Shown here: piece by piece, positions 49,526 through 61,019 of the stretch
Layout of the letters: every line of letters begins with the position of its first letter
How positions within the stretch are numbered: position 1 is the first letter of the stretch
The notes under the pieces: model-generated
What the model was told of the DNA's origin: nothing
The model's input: the letters and a program-made list of their open reading frames with translations, nothing else
Databases searched by the model: none
Program-made: the position numbers and the translations under genes
Origin: Octopus sinensis
Lineage: Eukaryota
Length of the DNA: 64,000 bases
Direction of reading: 5' to 3'
NCBI RefSeq assembly: GCF_006345805.1
Contig: NC_043021.1
Coordinates: forward strand, 6,820,001-6,884,000

Positions 49526-49834
49526 TTGTACAATGAAATATTAAAAACCTAAAATATTGAATCATAGTAAACTGTCTATTCTTGTAACAGTTGTTTCAGA
49601 CAGTGTGACATTTACATGGTGTTCTTTGATTTTTTTTTTTGTCTTTTACTTGCTTCAGTCATTGGACTGCTGGCCATACTGGGGCACCACCTTAATGTCG
49701 GGGTACTTATTGTATCAGTTTCTTTTTGCCAAACCACTAAGTTACAAGAACATAAACAAACCAACACCAGTCAAGTAGTGGTGAGGAACAAACACGGACA
49801 GACAGACAGACACACACACACATACACACATATT

Positions 49835-50222
49835 TCTCTTTACTCTTTACTTGTTTCAGTCATTTGACTGTGGCCATGCTGGAGCACCGCCTTTAGTCGA
49901 GCAAATCGACCCCGGGACTTATTCTTTGTAAGCCTAGTACTTATTCTATCGGTCTCTTTTGCCGAACCGCTAAGTGATGGGGACATAAACACACCAGCAT
50001 TGGTTGTCAAGCAATGGTAGGGGGACAAACACAGACAAACACACACACACATACATATATATATATACATATATACGACAGGCTTCTTTCAGTTTCCGTC
50101 TACCAAATCCACTCACAAGGCATTGGTCGGCCCGGGGCTATAGCAGAAGACACTTGCCCAAGATGCCATGCAGTGGGACTGAACCCGGAACCATGTGGTT
50201 GGTAAGAAAGCTACTTATCACA
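49835..50222 (-). mobile_element. SINE-B full length (preceded by a B 3' part, 49636-49830)
   Basis: Family motifs. Confidence 0.9.
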
Positions 50223-50457
50223 CAATATATATACATACCCATTTTCCAGACAATTTCCTATCAGCAGTTTCAAAATCTAAAATTTTGTAACAATCAGTCA
50301 GCGGTACTTCAGCTAGTTCATGATAAAACATTTGACTTAACATGACCAAGATATTAGTTTAAGACACTTTAGTGCCCTACCTACTGGTACACCTGTTGCA
50401 AAAAAAAAAAAAAGAAAAAAAAACAGGCGTGCCACCTCTCTCTACTTCTATTTGTAA

Positions 50458-50493
50458 ATAATAATAATAATAATAGTAATAGTAATAGTAATA

Positions 50494-50524
<31 letters not shown>

Positions 50525-50580
50525 TAGTAGTAATAATAATAATAATAATAGTAGTAATAATAATAATAATAGTAGTAGTA

Positions 50581-50622
<42 letters not shown>

Positions 50623-50632
50623 GTAGTAGTAG

Positions 50633-50675
<43 letters not shown>

Positions 50676-50693
50676 GTAGTAGTAGTAGTAGTA

Positions 50694-50747
<54 letters not shown>

Positions 50748-50759
50748 GTAGTAGTAGTA

Positions 50760-50793
<34 letters not shown>

Positions 50794-50826
50794 TAGTAGT
50801 AGTAGTAGTAGTAATGTTAATAACAA
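50458..50826. repeat. (AAT/AGT)n microsatellite
   Basis: Read directly. Confidence 0.95.
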
Positions 50827-51572
50827 TAATCTAAAAATAGATCTTGAAAACTAAGGGCAAAGGTTCTATTCCATTAAATATTTAGGTGAAGGTTTTTTGT
50901 TGGGTTTTTTTTTTTTTTGGAGTGGGGGTCAGGTAGGGTTCTAAATTTCTTTGTATTTAAGAATATATTCGTGCTAAAGTAAAACTTATATACAATAATT
51001 GAGAGATTAAGATGCTGGAATGCTAACCATGTGATCTTCAGATAGAAGCCTGCTACTTTCATTGTGTTGTTGTTGTTAGCAGTGGTGGTGGTGGTCGTGG
51101 TGGTGTTGGTGGTGGTGTTGATCATTACCATGATCTGTGAGCAAAGGTATTTAAGCCACACCAATCCTTTCATTTTGTTTGGAATTTTTTTTTTTTTTGC
51201 TTTTTTTTTAGAGGTGTGGTATAGGGCTGCATTGTAGAGGTGCACAGAGTATAGAGTAGTGGTTAAATTGTTGGACTATGGTTCATAAGATCTTGAATTC
51301 AATTCCCAGGCCAGGTGATGCATTGTGTTTTGCTTGTTAGGCAAGCCATTTCTTCTCGTATTGTTCCTATCCACTCAGCTGAAAGTGTGTTTAGTCCTAC
51401 CTTAGAGCAGTGCCTCGCAGACTATCAGTCCTCAAATCTTGCAATGCATGCAAACACACGCAAGCCCATGCAACATACCTTGATGGTCTGTTGCAGGCAT
51501 TTACATGTACCCTTTTTCTTTGCAGGTGTCCTTTTACTTTTCAAGTGTCCTTTTCCTTCTCGAGCTTGTAGA

Positions 51573-52123
51573 GTGTACGTTGAGAAAGATTTGGTTGCTA
51601 TTTCTAGCAAGCCAAGCAACCATGGATGTGTTTGCCCAGTGTAAGTTGAGAAAAATTTAGTTGCTATTTCTAGCAAGTCAAGCAACCATGGATATCTTTT
51701 CCCAGTGTAAGATGAGAAAAATTTAGTGGCTAATTCTAGCAGTGTAAGTTCAGAAAGATTTGGTTGCTATTTCTAGCAAGTCAAGCAACCATGGACATCT
51801 TTTCCCAGTGAAAACTGCGAAAGGTTTGGTTGCTATTTCTAGCAAGTCAAGCAACCATGGATGTCTTTTCCCAGTGTAAGCTAAGAAAGATTTTGTTGCT
51901 AATTTTAGCAGATCAAGCAACCATGGACATCTTTTTGCAGTGTGAGTTCAGAAAGATTTGGTTGCTATTTCTAGCAAGTCAAGCAACCATGGACATCTTT
52001 TCCCAGTGAAAACTGTGAAAGGTTTGGTTGCTATTTCTAGCAAGTCAAGCAGCCATGGATGTATTTTCCCAGTGTAAGCTGAGAAAGATTTTGTTGCTAT
52101 TTCTAGCAAGCCAAGCAACCATG
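51573..52123. repeat. 66-bp palindromic minisatellite with a 198-bp higher-order repeat
   Basis: Unit starts 51573, 51639, 51705 (37 bp), 51742, 51808, 51874, 51940, 52006, 52072. Confidence 0.92.
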
Positions 52124-52250
52124 AAGCAACACAGAGGAAAAAATGTACCTTGGGATGTTATATGTGGACCTATGAATTCATTTCAGCAGACTGCTGAAAC
52201 GAATTGATACTGATCAATTGATAACTGATGTTATCTAAAGGAAGGGCAGA

Positions 52251-52554
52251 CATTGTTTCCAGCTGGCTATACAGCAAAAAAAAAAAATCTGTGTCCTTAT
52301 ATTTTCAAACAGGGGAGATCAGCACCTACCTCCAGCACAACCTCACACCCATGGACCGGTTTCTGGGTTATTGCTCTTTGTCGGTGTGGAGTAGCTTGGT
52401 TGGCTAGATGTCACTGCTGAACTGCTGTCGAAAATATATAGATTTCAAAGTGAGACACAGTCACTGATCTGCAGAATAGAAATATTATTATTTCTAAATC
52501 TCTCGATTTTTTTTTCTTTTTTTGTGTGTGTCATATAGCCAGCTGGAAACAATG
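52251..52554. mobile_element. MITE-like element with perfect 21-bp TIRs
   Basis: CATTGTTTCCAGCTGGCTATA ... TATAGCCAGCTGGAAACAATG; no clear TSD. Confidence 0.65.
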
Positions 52555-52659
52555 ATTCCTGGGTTTAAATAGCAGTAGCATACGTCCCATCCTGGGAATG
52601 CCATATTATGTTGGCAAATAGTCATTACTTCATGGTGCTGTTACTGTATATCTCTCTTT

Positions 52660-52892
52660 GAGAGATTTAGAAATAATAATATTTCTGCCTTGTAGATCTG
52701 TGACTGTTTGTCACTTTGAAATCTATATATTTTTGACAGCAATTCAGTAGCGACATCAAGCTACTCCATGCTGATAAAGAGCAATAACCCAGAAAATGGT
52801 CCGAGGTTGTGCTGGGTGGAGGTGCTGATCTCCCCTGTTCAAAAATATAAGGACACAGAATTTTTTTTTTTTGTCATATAACCAGCTGGAAA
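52660..52892 (-). mobile_element. Inverted partial copy of 52251-52504
   Basis: Reverse complement with small deletions. Confidence 0.8.
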
Positions 52893-52910
52893 TGTTGTTT
52901 CCTGGGGCTG

Positions 52911-53118
52911 TGACCGCGTGTGTACCGTTGGCGATTTTTTTTCCTCTGTCTTCCCTTCTCTGGATCTTTCCTTTTCCTATGTTTCTGACAAAGAGCTCCG
53001 CTCAAAACGTAAAACCCTCCTTCTTCCCTTCCTTCCTGAGCGTCCAATAATACTATATTTGTTCCACATCCTCGCATTGTTGTGTTTTCTCTTGGTGTTT
53101 TCATGTTTGGATTAACTA

Positions 53119-53120
<2 letters not shown>
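52911..53120 (+). mobile_element. Penelope-like terminal fragment, second family, decayed hammerhead at 52981-53015
   Basis: Same family as 19288-19490. Confidence 0.65.
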
Positions 53121-53149
<29 letters not shown>

Positions 53150-53154
<5 letters not shown>

Positions 53155-53231
53155 AGTACTCACCCCGAATTTCTATATCTATCTATATATATATATAGAT
53201 AGATATAGAAATTCGGGGTGAGTACTTGATA
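53150..53231. repeat. Perfect 82-bp palindrome, no spacer
   Basis: TATCAAGTACTCACCCCGAATTTC...GAAATTCGGGGTGAGTACTTGATA centred in (AT)n. Confidence 0.95.
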
Positions 53232-53274
53232 ATTATAAGCACCTGTGTATACCAAACGGTATACATAGGTGCTT

Positions 53275-53276
<2 letters not shown>

Positions 53277-53344
<68 letters not shown>

Positions 53345-53349
53345 CGATC

Positions 53350-53420
<71 letters not shown>
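53277..53420. repeat. (ATAG)n microsatellite
   Basis: Read directly. Confidence 0.95.
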
Positions 53421-53421
<1 letters not shown>

Positions 53422-53466
53422 AAGAGGAAGACTCCCTTTGGTCACAAATAATTATTGGTTTGCACC

Positions 53467-53760
53467 TAAAAAGTTCCCCTCAGAGACACAAGTCTGAGCA
53501 AGGTTTTTTTTATGGAAGACCAGCAGTCACCCATGCATACCATCCTCCCCTCTCCGTGCCACTGATGTTATCTAAAGGAAGGGCAAAGACAGATACCGGT
53601 TGGCACCAGTGACGTCACAACTCATTTCTGCAGCTGAGTGAACTGGAGCAATGTGATATAAAGTGCCTTGCTCAAGAACACAAAACATGGTCTGGGGATC
53701 GAACTCGCTACCTCATGATAGTGAGCCTGATGCTCTTACCACTGAGCCATGTGCCTTCAC
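53467..53760 (-). mobile_element. SINE-D head with T2 tail
   Basis: Similar to 24682-25018. Confidence 0.8.
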
Positions 53761-53780
53761 CATTGGGTAATATTTGTTTT

Positions 53781-53876
53781 ATAATTCTGTCAGGTATTAT
53801 AATTCTGTCAGGTATTATAATTCTGTCAGGTATTATAATTCTGTCAGGTATTATAATTCTGTCAGGTATTATAATT
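53781..53876 (+). repeat. Five perfect 18-bp tandem copies of ATAATTCTGTCAGGTATT
   Basis: Read directly. Confidence 0.95.
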
Positions 53877-54254
53877 GCAAATATGCAACAATCTTGTTCA
53901 AACATGATAAAAATCTTTGAAGGTCATCCAAGCTTTCAAATTTCATCAAGAATTATTAAAAATAGGCTTTACAGATTTTTATACATATGTATAGACTATT
54001 ACTACTACTACTACTGCTACTACTACTTATTGCTGTATTATCATCACTATTATTATTATTATTTTTATTATTATTTGCATCATTTTTTTTATTATTTAGT
54101 CATGCATATCAAAGGCTTTCGTCACTCCTGATACCAGTTCATGACTACCATGTCTAACATCACACAATACACTATCCAAGCAACTTTCAGGTCATTTAGA
54201 ATGAAATGTCCAATTTTGAACTGAAAGTTTATTTTACTTTTTTATCTCAACAAA

Positions 54255-54419
54255 GGCGCAGGAGTGGCTGTGTGGTAAGTAGCTTGCTAACCAACCACAT
54301 GGTTCCAGGTTCAGTCCCACTGCATGGCACCTTGGGCAAGTGTCTTCTGCTATAGCCTCGGGCCGACCAATGCCTTGTGAGTGGATTTGGTAGACGGAAA
54401 CTGAAAGAAGCCTGTCGTA

Positions 54420-54466
<47 letters not shown>

Positions 54467-54669
54467 ATATGTTTGTGTGTCTGTGTTTGTCCGCCTAGCA
54501 TTGCTTGACAACCGATGATGGTGTGTTTACGTCCCTGTCACTTAGCGGTTCGGCAAAAGAGACCGACAGAATAAGTACTGGGCTTACAAAGAATAAGTCC
54601 CGGGGTCGATTTGCTCGACTAAAGGCGGTGCTCCAGCATGGCCGCAGTCAAATGACTGAAACAAGTAAA
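54255..54669 (+). mobile_element. SINE-B full length
   Basis: Family motifs. Confidence 0.9.
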
Positions 54670-54857
54670 GAAAGTAATCCAGTTAATCGAAGTATGCACC
54701 TGAATTATCAACACAATTTTGCCATTTTATCAGTAGCTTATTTATGCCAAGCAGAGAAGAATCCTGGAGAAGAGCAAGAGGTGATGAAATCACGAAAGTG
54801 GACTTGAATATGAAAGAACTTCTTAACCACACAGCCGAATCTATGCCTACACATATC

Positions 54858-55093
54858 TGTGTGTGTGTGTCTGTCTGTCTGTCTGTGTGTGTGTGTGTGT
54901 GTGTGTGTCTGTCTGTCTGTCAGTGTGTGTGTGTGTGTGTGTGAGTGTGTGTGTCTGTCTGTCTGTGTGTGTGTGTGAGTGTGTGTGTCTGTCTGTCTGT
55001 CTGTGTCTGTCTGTCTGTCTGTGTGTGTGTGTGAGTGTGTGTGTCTGTCTGTGTGTGTGTGTGTGTCTGTCTGTCTGTGTGTGTGTGTCTGTC

Positions 55094-55135
<42 letters not shown>

Positions 55136-55281
55136 TGTCTGTCTGTCTGTGTGTGTGTGTGTGTATGTGTGTGTGTGTCTGTCTGTCTGTCTGTCTGTGT
55201 GTGTGTGTGTCTGTCTGTCTGTCTGTCTGTGTCTGTCTGTCTGTCTGTGTGTGTGAGTGTGTGTGTCTGTCTGTGTGTGTG

Positions 55282-55312
<31 letters not shown>

Positions 55313-55333
55313 GTGTGTGTGTGTGTGTGTGTG
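54858..55333. repeat. (GT)/(CTGT) compound microsatellite
   Basis: Read directly. Confidence 0.95.
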
Positions 55334-55479
55334 CATGGCAAAAATAACTTAGAGATAACAAAGTGTCACTAGACTAAATAAATTATGACTTTTTTTTCAT
55401 ACATGTGTTATATCCTTTTATGAATTGTGCTGTCATCGTCAGTTAACGAGCAATTTCAAATTTTATTTATCTTCTTTCT

Positions 55480-55721
55480 TTTCTTTATCTTTTTACTTGT
55501 TCCAGTCATTAGACTGCGGCCATGCTGGGGCACCTACTAGAAAAATCTTTAGTCGAATGTCTCAATTCCAGTACTCATTTATTTTTTTAAAAGCCTGGTA
55601 TTTATTCTATCGGTCTCATTTTGCTGAGCCACTAAGTTAAGGGGACACAAACAGACCAACACCAGTCGTCAAGCAGTGGTTGGTGACAAACACAGACACA
55701 AAGACATACAAACGTATATAT

Positions 55722-55762
<41 letters not shown>

Positions 55763-56130
55763 TTAACGTCCACTTTCCATGCCAGCATGGGTTAGGCGAT
55801 TTGACTGAGGACTGGTGAACCAGATGGCTGCACCAGGCTCCAATCTGATCTGGCAGAGTTTCTACAGCTGGATGCCCTTCCTAACGCCAGCCACTCTGAG
55901 GGCCACACACACATACTCACACACATATATACGACGGGCTTCTTTGATGGTGCCATGCAAAAAGCACCCAGTACACTCTGTGGAGTGGTTGGCATTAGGA
56001 AGAACATCCAGTCATAAAAACCAAGTCAAAGCAGACTACAGAACCTGGTGCAGCCCCTGACCTTGCTAGTTCCTGTCAAGCTATACAACCCATGCCAGCA
56101 CAGACAATGGATGTTAAATGATGATGATGG
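55480..56130. mobile_element. SINE-B 3' part (minus), SINE-E (minus, 55722-55890) and SINE-E (plus, 55925-56130)
   Basis: Family motifs; the two E copies face opposite ways. Confidence 0.7.
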
Positions 56131-56131
56131 T

Positions 56132-56170
<39 letters not shown>

Positions 56171-56711
56171 AAGTAACCTACATTCAACCAATACGATAAT
56201 CCAAGATTATGTTTGGAAAATTCTGGGTCTTGCCACACCAATGCCTCATTCCCAAGACATATATCTCTCTGGTTCTAATCGCAACAAAGAATCAAAGTTC
56301 ATCCGGGTTACCTAGCTGGTAGGATGACAATTGAAGGCAATTTGACTTCTGTTTCTAGCAGATTTAGGGACCATGTATAGGCTCCCTCTGTCATTGCTCC
56401 ATAACACATTTTCCATATCTAAAACTGCATTACCTAGTATGCCATACCTTGACAGAGTGAGGTTTGAGGGGTTTGGCTAGTATTCTATCGGATCAAACAA
56501 CTATGTAACAAGTATGTTAGCTTGGCAGGTTCTAATTCTTTTCACAGCAGTGATTCTCAACTGCTTTTGTTTTGTTGTTTGTTTTCGTTTTTTGTTTTTT
56601 TTCTTATTTTGACTAATTTTTTTTCCTTTGTGTTTTCATTCAGCTCTTGAATTTTTCTTAAAGTTGGATAGGATATGACTAAGCACTTTGTGACTTCTTT
56701 CTCCTCACACT

Positions 56712-56830
<119 letters not shown>

Positions 56831-56951
56831 AATACCAAGCATTATCCCAACCACCACTACAGTTGCCCCAAACAATGTCTGCTGCTCTATTTGCCAAACA
56901 CACCAACTGAGGTATTAACTTCTTCCTACATCATTTTATTAATATCCGTAG

Positions 56952-57446
56952 TGAAGATGCATGGCTTAGTGGTTAGGGGATTCAGCTCACGATTGTAAGG
57001 TTGTAAGTTCGATTCTCGGTGGCATGCCCTGTCCTTGAGCAAGACACTTTATTTCGCATTGCTCCAGTCCACTCATTTGGCAAAAATGAGTAGTACTTAT
57101 AGGCAATTTCTACTCTTCTCCTCTGGAAGCCATCTACTCACAATACCAGAGGGCGCACACTCTCCTACCCTGATGTAATCTCCAAGGATACAGGCATCCA
57201 GCAACAGGACCTCCGTAATGCCATGATGGACCGTGAAGTCTGGCGTAGCATGGTAAATTCCATTGTCTCAACCACGGTCGAACAATGATGATGATAATGA
57301 TGAGTACTTATATTTCAAAGGACCAGCCTGTATCGTGATGTATCTCCTTGAAGACCATTAAGGGTATGCATGTCTGTGGAGTACTCAGCCATAAGCTGTT
57401 CTATCGATCAAATCAACGGGAGCCCTTGTCATCGTAACAGAGTGCC
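56952..57446 (+). mobile_element. SINE-D head with T1 tail, interrupted by an RTE fragment
   Basis: Head, core and tail motifs flank 57102-57302. Confidence 0.8.
57102..57302 (+). mobile_element. RTE-type LINE extreme 3' end inserted in a SINE-D
   Basis: LLLWKPSTHNTRGRTLSYPDVISKDTGIQQQDLRNAMMDREVWRSMVNSIVSTTVEQ*, (TGA)n tail, TSD AGTACTTATA at 57092-57101 and 57303-57312. Confidence 0.85.
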
Positions 57447-57474
57447 AATTAGTTATTAATATCCATAAATAGTT

Positions 57475-58186
57475 GAAGGTGGTAAGCAGGCAGAATCATT
57501 GGTACGCTGGGCAAAATGCTTATAGGCATTTCATCCATCTTTACATTCCGAGTTCAAATTTTGCCTTTCATTCTTTTGGGGTCAATAAAATAAGTACCAA
57601 TTGAACATTGGGGTCAATATACTTGACTTCTCCCCTTCCCCCGAAATTGCTGGCCTTGTGCCCAAACTTGAAACCAATATTAATGGCACGTAAAAAGCAC
57701 CCACTACACTCTAGGAGTGGTTGGCGTTAGGAAGGGCATCCAGCTGTAGAAACTCTGCCAGATCAAGATTGGAGCCTGGTGCAGCCATTTGGTTCGCCAG
57801 TCCTCAGTCAAATCGTCCAACCCATGCTAGCATGGAAAGTGGACGTTAAACGATGATGATGATGGTGGTGGTGGTGGTGGTGGTGCTGGCGGTGCTGGTG
57901 CTGGTGGTGGTGGTGGTGGTGGTGGTGGTGGTGGTGGTGGTGGTGATGATGATGATGAATAAATAGTTAGGCAGTGAGCTGGCAGAATCATTAGCATGCC
58001 TGGCAAAATGCTTAGCTGCATTTGGTCAATCTTTACATTCTGAGTTCAAATCTCACTGAGGTCGGCTTTGCCTTTCAGGGTCAATAAAATAAGTACCAGT
58101 TGAACAGTGGGGGGTCAATGTAATTAATTGACTAAATCCCTCCCCTGAAATCACTGGCCTTGTCCCGAAATTTTGAAACCAGTATT
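57475..58186 (+). mobile_element. SINE-A2 (57475-57682), SINE-E (57683-57958), SINE-A2 (57969-58186)
   Basis: Family motifs separated by copies of ATAAATAGT. Confidence 0.8.
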
Positions 58187-58370
58187 CATAAATAGTGTTA
58201 CTTAATTCTCTCTATTTTTTTTGTTCTATTCTTTTATACATCGAACACTTCTTCATCTTACAAATCTAGGTCAATATGTGTTAGTAACAAGGTCCAACAA
58301 CTATGTCCGTTACTATCACCAATTGACTTTTAAAGTTCAGCTCAGCTCTTATTTGCATTGTCAATATTGT

Positions 58371-58843
58371 GATACCTGTGCCGGTGGCACATAAAAAGCA
58401 CCATCCATACGTGGTCGATGCCAGCACCGCCCCGAATGGCTTCTGTGCCGGTGGCACATAAAAAGCACCTTCCGAACGTGGTCAATGCCAGCGCCGCCAC
58501 GACTGGCTTCTGTGCCGGTGGCACATAAAAAGCACCTTCCGAACGAACGTGGCCGTTGCCAGCGCCGCCTTGGCTAGCTTCCGTGCCGGTGGCACGTTAA
58601 AAGCTCCAACCGATCGTAGCCGATGCCAGACCCCCCCTGGCACCTGTGCAGGTGGCACGTAAAAAGCACCCACTACACTCGCGGGGTGGTTGGCGTTAGG
58701 AAGGGCATCCAGCTGTAGAAACTCTGCCAGATCAGACTGGAGCCTGGTGCAGCCCCTGGCTTCCCAGACCCCGGTCGAACCGTCCAACCCGTGCTAGCGC
58801 GGAAAACGGACGTTAAACGATGATGATGATGATGATGATGATG
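58371..58843 (+). mobile_element. SINE-E flanked by a ~187-bp direct duplication
   Basis: Duplication 58184-58370 and 58844-59029; (GAT)n tail. Confidence 0.9.
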
Positions 58844-59100
58844 ATTCATAAATAGTGTTACTTAATTCTCTCTATTTTCTTTTTTTATTCTTTTATACAT
58901 CGAACACTTCTTCGTCTTACAAATCTAGGTCAATATGTGTTATTAACAAGGTCCAACAACTACGTCCGTTACTATCGCCAATTGACTTTTAAAGTTCAAC
59001 TCAGCTCTTATCTGGATTCTCAATATTGTCACAGAAGATTCAACTAATTTCATTGGAGTTATCTCCCTGCCTCGCAGGTTTTTCTTTTTTTTTTCCACCT

Positions 59101-59722
59101 TTAACCCTTTAGTGTTTAAACCCGGCCATATCCAGCCCAAAGTATTCTACAAGTTTTATATTCAAACTGGCCAGATCCAGCCTCTCACACCTAACCTACA
59201 TTGACATTCTAAAAATTGGCATGCCATGTCCTTGAGCAAGACACTTTATTTCACATTGCTCCAGTCCACTCATTTGGCAAAAATGAGTAGTACTTATAGG
59301 CAATTTCTACTCTTCTCCTCTGGAAGTCATCTACTTACAATACCAGAGGGCGCATACTCTCCTACCCTGATGTAATCTCCAGGGATACAAGCATCCAGCA
59401 ACAGGACCTCCGTAATGCTATGATGGACAGTGAAGTCTGGCGTAGCATGGTAAATTCTTGATCTGGCAGAGTTTCTACAGCTGGATGCCCTTCCTAATGC
59501 CAACCACTCCTAGAGTGTAGTGGGTGCTTTTACGTGCCATTAATATTGTCCAGTGTGAGAGAGACCAGTGTGAGGAGAAAGAAGTCACAAACTGCTTAGT
59601 CATATCCTATCCAATAACATCATTGAAACTTCAAAGCTATAAGATCATGCATGATTAATTCAAAACAATTTGAGTGAAAAAGTATTACATTTAACAGAAT
59701 AATCTGAACACTAAAGGGTTAA
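59101..59722. mobile_element. MITE family G carrying a ~400-bp templated insertion
   Basis: Same termini as 26862-27102, TTAA on both sides; 59217-59614 is foreign sequence. Confidence 0.88.
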
Positions 59723-60014
59723 ATTTCAAATGCGACAGGAGAGAGTTTTTGTCTTCTGATTACAAGGATATCGTCTGTTAATCAATGTTTTTCAATTCAC
59801 TGTATAGCACATATTTGTTACTATCTAGTTGTTTAGTCTCAACTAGTCTCAACTAGTCCCGGGACAGAATTTGTTCTGCTCTAATTTTATTGAAATTTAT
59901 CATTTCTGCACTGAATTTTTGGCGATGTTGCTGTTGTTGTTGTACCTGAAAGTGATATCAGCATATCTCCTTCTCCCACTCGCCCACCTGATACACACCA
60001 ATAAAGAAACACAC

Positions 60015-60276
60015 CACACACACACACACACTCTCTCTCGCTCTCGCTCTCTCTCGCTCTCTCTCTTTCTCTTTCTTTCTCTCTCTTTCTGTCTCTCTTT
60101 CTCCCTCCCTCTCTCTCTTTCTGTCTCTCTTTCTCCCTCTCTCTCTTTCTTTCTCTCTCTCTCTCTTTCTGTCTCTCTTTCTCCCTCTCTCTCTTTCTTT
60201 CTCTCTCTCTTTCTTTCCCTCTCTCCTTCTCTCTCTTTCTCTCTCTCACATGTGCACTTGCACACACGCATACACA

Positions 60277-60315
<39 letters not shown>

Positions 60316-60430
60316 TCAGACTTACAGATTCTCTTTCTCCCTCTCCCTCTTTCTCTCTCTTTCACTTTCTGTCACACACACATACACACACACACACATA
60401 CACACATACACACACATACACACACACACT
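60015..60430. repeat. (CA)/(CT)-rich compound microsatellite
   Basis: Read directly. Confidence 0.9.
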
Positions 60431-61019
60431 GAAAACTACAATAATCACATAATAAGAGACTCCGCCTCCTCCCCTCCAAATTTTAATATGCCACTCAAGG
60501 AACCTCTATGTGATCACTGGATTTGCTAGAAACAACAACTAATTATTCACTCAAATCATCATACCAGCTACCACCTCATGTTCAATGAAGGACATTGAAC
60601 AATATAGTCCAAGACACAGGCTAAACAGCAACATTGCTAAGCCACACTACATCACATCACTCTAACCTTAGGTACACTATACATGAATAAAGCTTGGGAT
60701 GGTCATGATTAGATTGTCTTTGATCATACGTCTGACAGATCAAGACTGATCAAGGGCTAAACGGCACCACACCACACTAATCTGGTTGTAGAAATATACT
60801 GGGGCAGTAAGGACTTGTGTCTAAACAGCGACATTAACCACAGCAATGTCAAGGCTACTCTGTAAAGATGCAAGCATGGCTATGTGATAAGAAGTCTGCT
60901 TCCTAACCACATGGTTGTAGGTTCAGTTCTTCTGCATGGCACCTTGTGCAAGTATCTTCTGCTGTAGCCTTGGGCTGACCAAAGCCTTATGAGTGGATTT
61001 GGTAGGTAGAAACTGAAGG

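Noticed and set aside
51573-52123. CRISPR array
   Set aside because: Spacers are homologous to one another, there are no cas genes, the context is eukaryotic intron and the core derives from a dispersed repeat.
54738-55372. Overlapping 120-207 aa ORFs
   Set aside because: Translation of a (GT)/(CTGT) microsatellite.
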